A DNA stretch of 64,000 bases from Cirrosporium novae-zelandiae (lineage: Eukaryota), in NCBI GenBank assembly GCA_026023565.1, contig JAPETS010000036.1, positions 62,001 to 126,000 of the forward strand, read 5' to 3'. Shown here piece after piece: positions 52,337-64,000 of the stretch. The translations under genes were made by a program, and so were the position numbers. The notes beneath the pieces were generated by a model, which worked only from the letters and a program-made list of their open reading frames with translations, ran no database searches and was not told where the DNA came from. Within the stretch, counting starts at the first letter, position 1. Each line of letters begins with the position of its first letter.

Positions 52337-53338
52337 TGACTCAGGCGAGTCAGGGTTTTCTAAAGTTCTGGACAGACAAGGAACAAGGAGAATTCCGTTC
52401 AGTAGTCCGTATGCAACTCTGGAGTTGACAAACAGTTGGGTTTCATGATACCTGTTTTGTTTGATACAGAGTATTTATTGTTTTTGTTGTGTATTGTGGA
52501 GTATAGGAAGCATCTGGGGTGGAGTAGTAAAAAAGGACCTGTCCCACTTTGACTGACTCAGAAAAACTCAGGTCATCTACGATGAAAATCTATTAAATTT
52601 ATTTCATTCAAGTTTCAAGCCATTGAGATTCCAGATAACTAATTGCAAAAGATGCTGAACGCGCAAGGCCAATTTACCATTTTATTGGATTTATTTTATT
52701 TTATTAACTGATCCAATGCTCCAATGCTCCAATGCTCCCAAAAGAAAGTTTGGAGCGGATAAAGCATTACGGGCCGACGGGCGGAAAACTGTCCGAGGGG
52801 CCTTTCCCGAGCAACAAAGAGGTTCCCTCGGCCTCTCAGAGGTCTGAGAGTAAAAGAAAGAAAATATCATTAATTTGCCCACTTTTTAATCTTCGACTAC
52901 TCAATTATTACATGCATCTCATTAACTAAAAACCAACGTTAAGGGAAACCGACAGGCTAAGATCCTAGTCCTCGTAAACCTGAATTTGCTCTAATGGAAT
53001 TAGTTGATACGTGATGGTCATGATGCTAGATGATGATCCGGTGTAGCGGGTGAATCACCATATTTGAAAGTCCTAAATCAGATAAGTTAATAGCCTCTTT
53101 TTTTTTTCTGTAGCTAATGATGATAATAATGTCAGCTCTCAAGCATGACCAAAGGAGAGAAAAAAACGTTTTGATGCTAAAAGTGACCCGACGACCAGGT
53201 ATCACCGCCATTGACGTTCCCAGGCGTGGCAGGGGTGGAAGGGGCTCTTTTGGTGGGTCCTGTTGGTCGAAGTTAGGGTAAGCACGGTAAGCACGGTAGA
53301 CGGTACCCAGACATTACAAGTTTCTGTGGGCTGACTCA
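52337..53338. promoter_or_regulatory. Three TGACTCA (Gcn4/CpcA/AP-1-type bZIP) elements in the laeA / WD40 divergent intergenic region
   Basis: Exact TGACTCA at 52337-52343, 52554-52560 and 53332-53338, and a near match CGAGTCA at 52346-52352. Confidence 0.4.
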
Positions 53339-53730
53339 GATGGAACAGGAATTTCTGTGAGAAATTTCTTCAGATAATTAGATAATTAGCCAGATAAGTT
53401 AACTACCTAGGTGGGTAAATTATAGATAACTACCTCGGCACTAGGTACTTGACTACTCTCTGGTTATTGCCATCGGAAAATTAGTTTCATGCATTAATTA
53501 TTATTCTTGCTCCTCACTAGTTAATTAACTACTACTTGTGTTCGCCTTGAAGAAATTCCGATTAGGAACATTTCGGACTTGAAAAACCTCACCCCTTCCA
53601 TTTTGGGAATACATAACCCTACAACACCCTACGCTACCTGGGCACATACCCCGTCACAGTTTTATGGTTTTCTTGCCGATCATTCACCTTTTACAGTTGC
53701 TGGAATAGAAAAATAGAAAACAGAGGCATC

Positions 53731-55238
53731 ATGAATGACCTTACCCTTTTACAAACTTCTTCGCTAGCTCTTGCCCCTGGAAATTACATTTACTCCATTG
53801 TTACTTGTGCTGGGCAGCTCGCCTCTCTCTGCTCCGACGATAGTCTTCGGATATATAACAAGGAATCCCTAAAAGTGAGCCATGTCCATTCCAACATTCA
53901 TGCCGGCGTAACCTCCTTACTGTCTCACTCTCATCACGGCAGTCATGTTTTGACTACGGCCGGTCGAGATGGCCGTTTACTCGCTTGGGATCCACGTCAG
54001 ATGGGGACAAGAGCCGTGCTCGAATACCGCGGTAGAGTCATCCTAAGACTTTCTCAAACTCTGACCTCCGCCACTGATTCAGCTCCTTCGGTGGACAGGT
54101 TCAAATGCGCCAATTCTCTCTTTAGCATCATCATCGGAAACTTTTGCGGCAGGCACCGAGTTAACTAATGCACAAGCTTCTGTGGTTCTTTGGTAACGGC
54201 TTGGCTCACTCTCTAAGAGACAATCCAATACACTAATGTTTCAAGGGATTTTAGAAATCCAGATCGTCCTCTGACGCAATATGTGGAATGCCATAATGAC
54301 GATGTAACTATTTTGCACTATCATCCTCTCTCAAGTAAAACACTTTTATCCGGAAGTACCGATGGCCTTATCAACATTTACGATACGGCAGTTACTCCAC
54401 AGGCTGGAGATGAAGATGATGTCCTTCAAATGGTCTTTAACAATGAATCCTCTGTTCACCGTGCAGATTGGTTATCTGAAAGTAACTTTGCAGATGTCTA
54501 TGGTCTCAGTCATGATGAAGTATTCTCCATTTATCCAGTCGCAGATGAAGAAAAGGAAATAAAACATCCGTTCGGAGACCTACGTTCAAAATTAGATTGT
54601 GAATATATTGTTGATGCCATGAGGATATCTGGTCGATCATGTGTCCTGGCAGGAAATCATACGTATGTAGGAAAATCCACTCAAATGTCAGCAACAGGCT
54701 AATAACAGCCAACAATATAGGAAACAAAGACTGGACATTGTTCCATTGAAGTTCACATCATCATGGGACCTCGACTATAATGCTGCTCTTCGACTGCCAG
54801 GTGCCCATGGCGAAGAGGTTGTTCGGTCTCTATATTATGATGAAGAGGTAAAGTAGCTTTTACATATTTTTGTACCAAGTTATATCAAGCCAAGAATTTA
54901 TCGGTGCTGTTTGGAGCCCTTTGTGATACAATGGAGACCCGCATGCTGAAAGGTTCTGTGCAAAAGGGGTTCCCTAGCCCTCCCGAAAGCAAGCTCCATA
55001 GGCTCTCTTGCATCTGTCACTTGATCTTGCCATGGCATATTGCATTTAACTCTGTTACATGAGCTCGGTTAACATATGACAGGCTGAAACCGCATATACA
55101 GCAGGGGAGGATGGCCAAATCCGAGCCTGGAAAGCAGATCAAGCCCAAGGTGAAGGGGGTGGCAGGCAAACTGAAGATTTACATATAGGTAGAAAGGGCA
55201 AAGGTAGGTCTAAAGACGTTAGATATAAGCCCTACTAG
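53731..55238 (+). CDS. WD40-repeat protein, WDR89/YNL035C-like
   Basis: YIYSI..CSDDSLRIY, TAGRDG...WD, ECHNDDVT.L.YHP..LLSGSTDGLINIYD, LSHDE.FSIY, GAHGEEVVRS, TAGEDGQIRAW, and C-terminal RYKPY. Four introns. Confidence 0.85.
54901..55077 (+). ncRNA. Candidate intronic box H/ACA snoRNA
   Basis: Lies in a 235-nt intron. Order seen: hairpin 54901-54986, ANANNA at 54986-54991, second hairpin closed by AGCTC/GAGCT, ACA at 55072-55074. Folded by eye only. Confidence 0.3.
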
Positions 55239-55794
55239 TAGCTAGAGCTTTACAGATGGAACAAGGTCATTATTTTATGCCCTCTTTGTGCTATTGTGCG
55301 AAACTAGATAGTTTCTGGTCTTGGGGGCTCAAAATGCATTATTTACGAGCCACTGAGCTACAAGTGTTGGAACGAGCTGACACAATAAAAATTAAAACTC
55401 CTAAATAGTCTGATTCTGACACTCCATGTACTTTGTATATCCCAATTTGTATACGAAGTATAATCGATGAGATGATTGAAGGATGAACTTTTACATAATA
55501 CAGAGGTTCTACCTTTATCGCTAGCGATTGTAATTCATTCTTTTATATCGAATATTTTAGGGTTAGCGCCTTCCGTTCTTAGTTAGATGCCGGCGGAATT
55601 ATGTTAAGCCCGAAACCCCATTGACGTCGTCCCTAGTCCCCATAGCTTAAGACTATCTGGCCAGAATGATTTGAACGCCTGTCGCAAGACCATTGAGCAA
55701 GGAACCGCTACCATACCAACTAACCCTTTACTTTATTTGAGAGTGCTGCTTGCAATATGATAGCAGCAGCATCCAAACTGTTTGTGTTTCCGCG

Positions 55795-58520
55795 ATGACC
55801 AAAAAGCCTCTCCCTCGGCTTTGGCCTTTACTCTTCTGTACTTTTCCCCTCGCCATCCATGTCAGGTTACTCTAACGATTTCTATAGTACTCATCGGGCT
55901 TACCTCCTTCATTGTTCAAGCCCAAGACCCTTCTCAAGATGGACCCCGCCTGGCATCGACCAGTCCGGATATTCGAGATGTACAGCCAAGTCAGTATTTC
56001 AAGCACCAAGTTCGACGAATATACTGCACATTACTATCAAGATCTTACGGAGCGCTCGGGAGGATATTGCTAATATCATCGAATAGGAGCACCTGCAATT
56101 ACAGAAGCTTTAGGCATTCTCCATAGTATTGAGCGACCCAAAGCGAAATTCACACGTCATGGCAAACCATCAGGTCTAATATGGAAAATACTTTATTACG
56201 CAAAAGAGGTCTTCTATATTCTATTCATGAATGGCCCGCTAGAACATGACTATTCTGCCGAAGATGCTCAACCTAAGCTTAGCAAGCCGCTTTCTAAGGC
56301 TGTGCAGCTCCTCGAAGATGCAGCGAAAGTGAGCGATCCCGAGGCCATCTTTCTCTTGGCCGAAATGAGTTTCTATGGCAATTTTACCTATCCACGAAAC
56401 CTACGGCAAGCGTTCCGTCGATACTCAGAACTCGCTTCGTTAAACGGAAACACCACAGCGCAGAATATGGTTGGTTTCTTGTATGCTACAGGCATTGGCG
56501 GTGTTGTTGAACGAGACCAAGCCAAAGCTCTGCTGTATCATACATACGCAGCTTTGGCCGGGAATACCCGGTCAGAATTGACAGTAGCGTTCCGCCATCA
56601 CAGCGGCATCGGCACACCAAGAAATTGCGATGAAGCAGCATTTTTCTACAAACGGGTCGCAGATAAAGCCATAGCCTATCTGAATTCCGGGCCGCCTGGT
56701 GGTGAAACGATGCATAGAGACTCATATAGAATAGCAGATGACGAAGGAGGAATTTATGGTGAAGGAGCTAGTGTTTCTAGCTCTGGGATCAATGCGAACA
56801 AAGCTCCCCCAAATTCGGACACTCATGCAGATGTTGAGGATGTGGTTGAATACCTTGATTTGATGGCCAAGAAAGGGGAGCTAAAAGCTATGTATAGTCT
56901 CGGGAGGTTGTATTATGATCGCGCAAGAGAATTGCAACAAGATATTAAAAAAGCGAGAAAATATTTTATGGATATTGCCAAGAGGTATTGGGGAAGGGAT
57001 GGTCGAGTGATTATGGGTGGACCCCCTGGAATTGAATCTTTGGCATCTAAAGCTGCTGGTTATCTGGGGCGAATGTACCTCCGCGGTGAGGAGGTGGAGC
57101 AAAGCTTCGAAAGAGCCTTAGTGTGGTTCCGAAGAGGAATTGTTAACGGCGATCCGCTTTGCCAGTATGAGATGGGGTTGATGTACTTGGAAGGCTTGGG
57201 TCTCCCGGCAAATGCTAGTAAAGCTGCAGATTTTTTTAAGGCTGCTGCAGAACAAGATTTTGCGGCTGCCCAGGTACGACTTGGCGCACTCTTTCTGGAC
57301 CAGGGTGATCTACACACAGCTAATCGCCACTTTGAGATGGCCGCTCGTCATGGACAAATGGAAGCATTCTACTACCTTGCTGAAATTAATAACCAAAACA
57401 TTCAAGGTTGGAAAGAGAGATCATGTCCAACCGCAACAGCCTACTACAAAATTGTAGCAGAAAAAGCCGAAATCTTGCACTCCCCGTTTGCCGAAGCCAA
57501 CGAGGCCTATGACAATGGAGATTTAGACACTGCTGCGATTCTCTACATGATGACAGCCGAACATGGCTATGAAAAGGGTCAAGCCAACATTGCTTTCATA
57601 CTCGATGAACAGAAGTCTATATTCTCCATGGACAAATTACTGCCGTGGAAGAAGCCCCGAACTAGTCTATTAAGGGATCCAACCCTGGCATTAGTTTACT
57701 GGACCCGTGCTTCGAAGCAAGGAAATTATGATGCTACAGTGAAGATGGGTGACTACTATGTTGATGGCTTTGGTACCAAGATGGACCCCGAAAAGGCTGC
57801 AACCTGCTACCATAGTGCTGCTGAGTTCCAGCGAAGTGGACAAGCATTATGGGATCTGGGTTGGATGCACGAGAACGGTATTGGTGCTGAAAAGGACTAT
57901 CATATGGCCAAGCGATATTATGATTTGGCTCTAGAGTCTTGTCAGGAATCTTATTTGCCCGTTAAACTCGCTCTATTGCAGCTGAGAGCCAAAAGCTGGT
58001 GGAATTCTGTAACTCATGGGAAGGTGAAAGGTATCCAGGAGGAACCAGGTATGCTATTACTATTCAACATGTAAACCAAGCTAATCCCTCTATAGAAACT
58101 AAGAAGGACTGGTCATTTAGTGAATGGATAGCCCACTTCCTTGAGAATTTCGAGCAACAGCAAGAGTTCGCTGGATATGGCAATGATGGTGAGAATGATG
58201 AGCTAAACGATCCAATTCCAGGAAGTGAATATGATGACATGGATGATGGCGTGTTTGAAAGCCTTGCCATTTTTACTGTGACTGCAGCAATTGCATTCTG
58301 GATATACTATCGACAGCAGAGACAACTCAATCAGAGGATGCAGCAACAACACCAAGAACAGCAGCAGCAGCAGCAGCAACGACAGCAGCAGCAGCAGAAT
58401 GCTGGGAATGGAGCAGGGGAGCAAGGACAACAACCCCCGCCAGGTCAAGATAGAGGGCTATTTCCAAATCCAAACGACCCGGCATTCAACCAGTGGGTCG
58501 CCGGAGGGGTAGGGCATTAG
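55795..58520 (+). CDS. HRD3: Sel1-repeat ERAD component Hrd3/Sel1
   Basis: Signal peptide MTKKPLPRLWPLLF|LLIGLTSFIVQA, multiple SEL1 repeats (AQNMVGFLYATGIG, KMGDYY, LGWMHENGIG..D.HMAKRYYD), C-terminal TM, polyQ, and WVAGGVGH end. Confidence 0.93.
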
Positions 58521-58987
58521 CTGTCACATATATTTAATTGCCAATGATTATACCGGTTCACATGAAAAGTGGCGTATTGGGAGTATAGGAAGCTGAAAAA
58601 AAAAGGCTCAGCTTTGTTAGATACCTTACATCTTCCTAGTAGAAATACATATTGATATAAACATACCTTAGGCATATTAGCAAATCCTCAGGAAAGGTTG
58701 AGGGCATTGTCGCTAGCCAGAGCGCTAGCCCGTTCTTGTATTTTATTTCGTCTCAATAAAAATACATAGTAGATTAATCATGAGATTCTTACGAGTATTC
58801 TAACGAAGAGATATATCTATTGTTGTAAACTACTTTCACTTCCGGGAATAACAACGTTTGTTAATAACAATCACAAATACTCTTCCGGCAGTCTTCACTA
58901 AGCCTGCTCTCCTGGCCAACTATCGACCAAGCATTGTTCTACAGTTAGATTCGTTCTAGATAGTCAAACATTTAATTATTCGTGTTT

Positions 58988-59951
58988 ATGGCTTCGAACT
59001 TGCCCCCATTCAAACGCCGTCGCCTCAATGATGCTCTTCACAAGCCCTTTCGCTCTCCTCTCAAGACTACTGCTACACGAGCTAATCAACCGTCAGCAGA
59101 TGTCTCTACTAATCAATCCGAGGCTGGAACTGACGAGAAGCTTGGTAGCACGAGTACCACGGTATTGACGACTATCGCAAAAAATGAGATAGCTACTCAG
59201 GAGAAAAACGACTCCAAAACAAAAGAAAGATCAGAACTACAGCCTTCCAATACCCCTTCTCGAAAACCATCCCATCATCCCTTCACACCCCAGCCACATC
59301 GCCATACCCCTTCCCACCTCTTCACATCATCTCGCGACCCGACTCTCGCGCATCTCCAAAGCCGATCCCTTCACCTCTCCACCCGCCTCCGCTCCATCAA
59401 TGCCGACATCGACATGTTAAATCGGGCGCTTACAATCCAAAATCACCCAGAAAAGGAGGAAGAGCTAGAAACGTTAGTTCAAAAATGGAAAGTAAAGAGT
59501 CGCGAGGCTGCAGAGGAGGTATTTGGACAGGTGAAAGGACGAGTGGAAGGGCTCGAGGGTGGTTGGAAGAAGTGGGCTGGCGGAAATGGCAATAATAATG
59601 ATGGGGGGTTTGGGAATTGGGGCTGGGATGATGGGGGGAAGAAAGGAGAGGGTGGAGGTAGGGAGGATGATGAATATGCTGAAGAGAGGAGGCTACAAGA
59701 GAAGGTGCAGACGGATAATAATGGGGAGGATGAGGTAAGGCCTGATCGATCTGCTTTGTTTTATTTATTCTTGAATTGGCTATTTGTCTCGATTTTTGTT
59801 GTGCCTTTACTCGCAGTGGAGTGTTCTGAAATCCCTCGTGATTTTTCTAATGGTGATATAGCATTTCACTATGGGTTCGATGCTGGAAACCCTCCACATC
59901 GACCTCGCCGTCATCGGTTATGATAAAGTCAACCAACGATGGATTGACTGA
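58988..59951 (+). CDS. MEI5: Swi5-dependent recombination mediator Sfr1/Mei5 (Dds20-like)
   Basis: KRRRL..LHKPFRSPLK and ELETLVQKWK..SREAAEEVF. After intron 59734-59861 it reads FTMGSML..LHIDLAVIGYDK..QRWID*. Confidence 0.8.
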
Positions 59952-60934
59952 ATAATTTCCCTTCATCCCCTTCCCATGGCTTTGCTTCCTCAATGAGGAA
60001 CCCCAGTGTTCAATCACCCACCCTATATGGCGAGCTCGCTGGCTTTTAAGGCTTTTTTGACTTGCCCCTTCTACAACAACAAATCTGATAATACGGTAAG
60101 TTGATTTTCTAAATACTTATATAATCTATAAATTCATGCTCAACCACTAAGCAAAGAACTTAAAGAACTAGCGTACCCGTTCGAATTTAGAACAGCAAGG
60201 CTCATTAATTACACCCAATTAGGGAGATCCTCAAACGCTTATCCCAAGCCAACAAACAACGAGCAAAAAAAACGATTCGCTTTTAGAAGGTCGAAAGCTG
60301 GAGCAGACGGGCGGGTTTTGTTATTGATCAAACTGGTATCGATTTGAATTATTAAAACCAAAATGTGTACTGTACTATACATCATGCCATGCAAGGATGC
60401 TGTACTACCTATCTAACAAAACAAAGGATATTCCTTTCCATTTCTATTATTGTATCAAAGACTCCTTCCTCCTTCCCTCCCTCTATCTCATACTCAGTAC
60501 AACAACAACAACAGCAGCAGACGTTTCACCCTCATGCTCTCTTTTACCCCCTTCCTATCCACATCCACATCCACCACCACAAACTCTCATCTCTATCATT
60601 ACAGCAAAGCTTATGATTATTTTTTCAAAAAAGAAAAAGAAAAAAGAACTAAAGGGTTTGAAAAACTTAGGCTTGGATACCTATATATAGCATATTTATA
60701 GCATATTTATAGCATATAGCTTTAATAAACCTCCCCTCCCTCCCTTCTCTCCTCTCCTCTCCTCTCCTCACCATCTCATATTCTGCTTCTGCTTCTACTT
60801 ACGTAGATACATTTTTATATATGATTATGATTATGACGATATGATTATTAAAGGTAGTTGGGGGATGGTATTTATAGATACTGTATTGGATATTGGATCT
60901 TTTAGGGTGAGAGTTGAGGGTTTGGGGGATGTCT

Positions 60935-60994
60935 GGTTGGTTGGTTGGGCGGTTAGATGGGCGGTTAGATGGGCGGTTAGATGGGCGGTTGGAT

Positions 60995-61029
<35 letters not shown>
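60935..61029. repeat. Compound simple repeat: GGTT units, a 12-bp GGCGGTTAGATG tandem (~3.5 copies), and (GA)n
   Basis: Directly visible downstream of the GH1 gene. Confidence 0.9.
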
Positions 61030-61032
<3 letters not shown>

Positions 61033-61176
61033 TAGGTCCACTTGTCAATTCCTATTTTCTTAATTCTTGTCTGCCTGTCTTCGTTGATGAGTGAGTGGGT
61101 GGGTGGTTTTTTTTTATACATCCACATCCACATCCACCTCTTCGGTGATTCCAATCCCAACTCCCCCAGGGACAAA

Positions 61177-62804
<1,628 letters not shown>

Positions 62805-63527
62805 GATGCTAACATACAAGCTAGACTTTAGTTGCAGTCAAGACGGAAAAATCAATTGTCAATGAAAATGAAATAACTCAATCACCATGGGATTGAGAGG
62901 AGAGATATATATATGACAATATGATGGAAATATCTCCCGGCATGCCGACAAAAGAACAGGTTATACGAATTCCCATGAACGATTGCTGGCTAGGGCCCAT
63001 AGTATCTAGCGGTGCACACGGAGTAACAATCATTGGAGAAGGTGATGGTGGAGAGTCTGGGGATAAGCATATCATGGTTAAGCCAAAGGATTTTGGCGGG
63101 AAATTTATCGGCATATCGGGCCTTGGTCCGGTTTTCTTCCTGTGAGATCGAGGGGAAGATGGAAGATGGGAGACACAAGAATGCATAATGAAGTCATTTA
63201 CAGATATTGATATTTCTGTTTAACACAATGTACTCTAAGCATTTAACCGTATGTCTTATCTATCATCATGGGAAAATATTTGCACTGCGTTGATCGGCTG
63301 TTTTAAACCCATATCCATCAAAAGCCCATTTTGCATCATGCAATCGTAAAGCCATCCATGGATACCAACCCCCGCTCCCACATTAAATGGAAAGAACGCC
63401 TGAAATGCAGCCCGTGATGAGCACCCCACCCCCCCAATAGCACCTTAGAGTAAGTCCACCTTCTTCCATCTTACCCGCCAAAACGCCTTGCTAGAACGAG
63501 CCCATATCCATCAAGTTTTAAATCCAC

Positions 63528-64000
63528 CTAGTTGATATCCATACCCTCGTCTTCATCTCCATCTGCCTCTTCAGTATCATCCCCTCCCACTACCGTCCCT
63601 CCACTAATGCTTCCCAATCTTGTTCGTGCTCCTAGACCTCCGATGCCGCCGATCCCTAGCTTTCCACCACCTAAGCCTCCAACGTACTCGAGTTCCTCAC
63701 CTCCAACAACACGTCCTTCCACATCAACAACTTCACAGAGGTCCATCAGACTCTTCCTATCCATTCGGCGAAAGCCTTCCGTCCTCACAATGCGTCCCCA
63801 ATGTAGAAGACAGAATGAAGCAGCACGTTTTTTCAACCATTCTTCACCGGCAATTCCGGCTCGTTCCCAAACCACGGCTGCATTTTCCACGTCTAGTTCT
63901 CTAGTAAGACGATTGACGCACAATACTCGAAGTTTAGGCATATCGTAGCAATTTGAAAGGACCAGCATTCCAGCAACATCCGTCAGACTCTTGCAGTACT
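63528..64000 (-). CDS. Ral2/Mds3-like Kelch-BTB protein, 3' end only
   Basis: DVAGMLVLSNCYDMPKLR.LCVNRL.RELDVENAAVVWERA....E.WLK.RAA.FCL.HWGRIVRTEGF is a BTB/BACK-like C-terminus. The gene runs off the window. Confidence 0.7.
   Translation of the reverse strand, partial: YCKSLTDVAGMLVLSNCYDMPKLRVLCVNRLTRELDVENAAVVWERAGIAGEEWLKKRAASFCLLHWGRIVRTEGFRRMDRKSLMDLCEVVDVEGRVVGGEELEYVGGLGGGKLGIGGIGGLGARTRLGSISGGTVVGGDDTEEADGDEDEGMDIN

Noticed and set aside
49400..53700. Short ORFs in the laeA upstream region
   Set aside because: Derived from poly-A/T, GA and TAG repeats, with no coding signature.
54901..55040. Possible TPP riboswitch in the long intron (GGTGC.., CTGAAA, ACTTGATCT)
   Set aside because: It lacks the CUGAGA and GAUAAU..GCG core and spacing, and the host gene is unrelated to thiamine.
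5187..59951. A 'meiosis/repair cluster' made of SUN, the SAD-3-like helicase, RAD50 and MEI5
   Set aside because: The genes are spread over 55 kb among unrelated housekeeping genes, so chance is sufficient.
62878..63186. Small ORFs between the GH1 gene and the Ral2-like gene
   Set aside because: Three overlapping ORFs with no family motif; most likely GH1 promoter or Ral2 3' UTR.

Overview
This is gene-dense DNA from a filamentous ascomycete (Pezizomycotina-like, with short GT-AG introns and CTRAC branch sites). It holds about 22 protein-coding genes. Most are conserved housekeeping or regulatory genes: partial RPC37, GAL10-type epimerase, PMP3-family protein, SUN-domain protein, SDS22, CMC1, UTP11, TAF9, GH5 exo-glucanase, an FN3/coiled-coil protein, lipin PAH1, RAD50, White Collar-2, LaeA, a WDR89-like protein, HRD3, MEI5/SFR1, GH1 beta-glucosidase and partial Ral2/Mds3. 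An accessory-looking block at about 7-20 kb carries a secreted-type epoxide-hydrolase-fold enzyme and a Baeyer-Villiger monooxygenase whose stop codon comes from a hAT-like MITE. The same block carries a ~2,000-aa ZNFX1-like protein (CCCH finger, SF1 helicase, NF-X1 fingers, RING-like segment, intact RZ finger), a candidate fungal RNA-sensing ubiquitin ligase. Smaller oddities include a 2-nt micro-exon that splits the RAD50 start codon, a GC-AG intron in PAH1, a stop-free 66-nt intron just after the WC-2 GATA finger, and a candidate intronic H/ACA snoRNA. Gene models were spliced by eye and family calls come from motif recognition; no database searches were run. I saw no tRNA, rRNA or CRISPR array.
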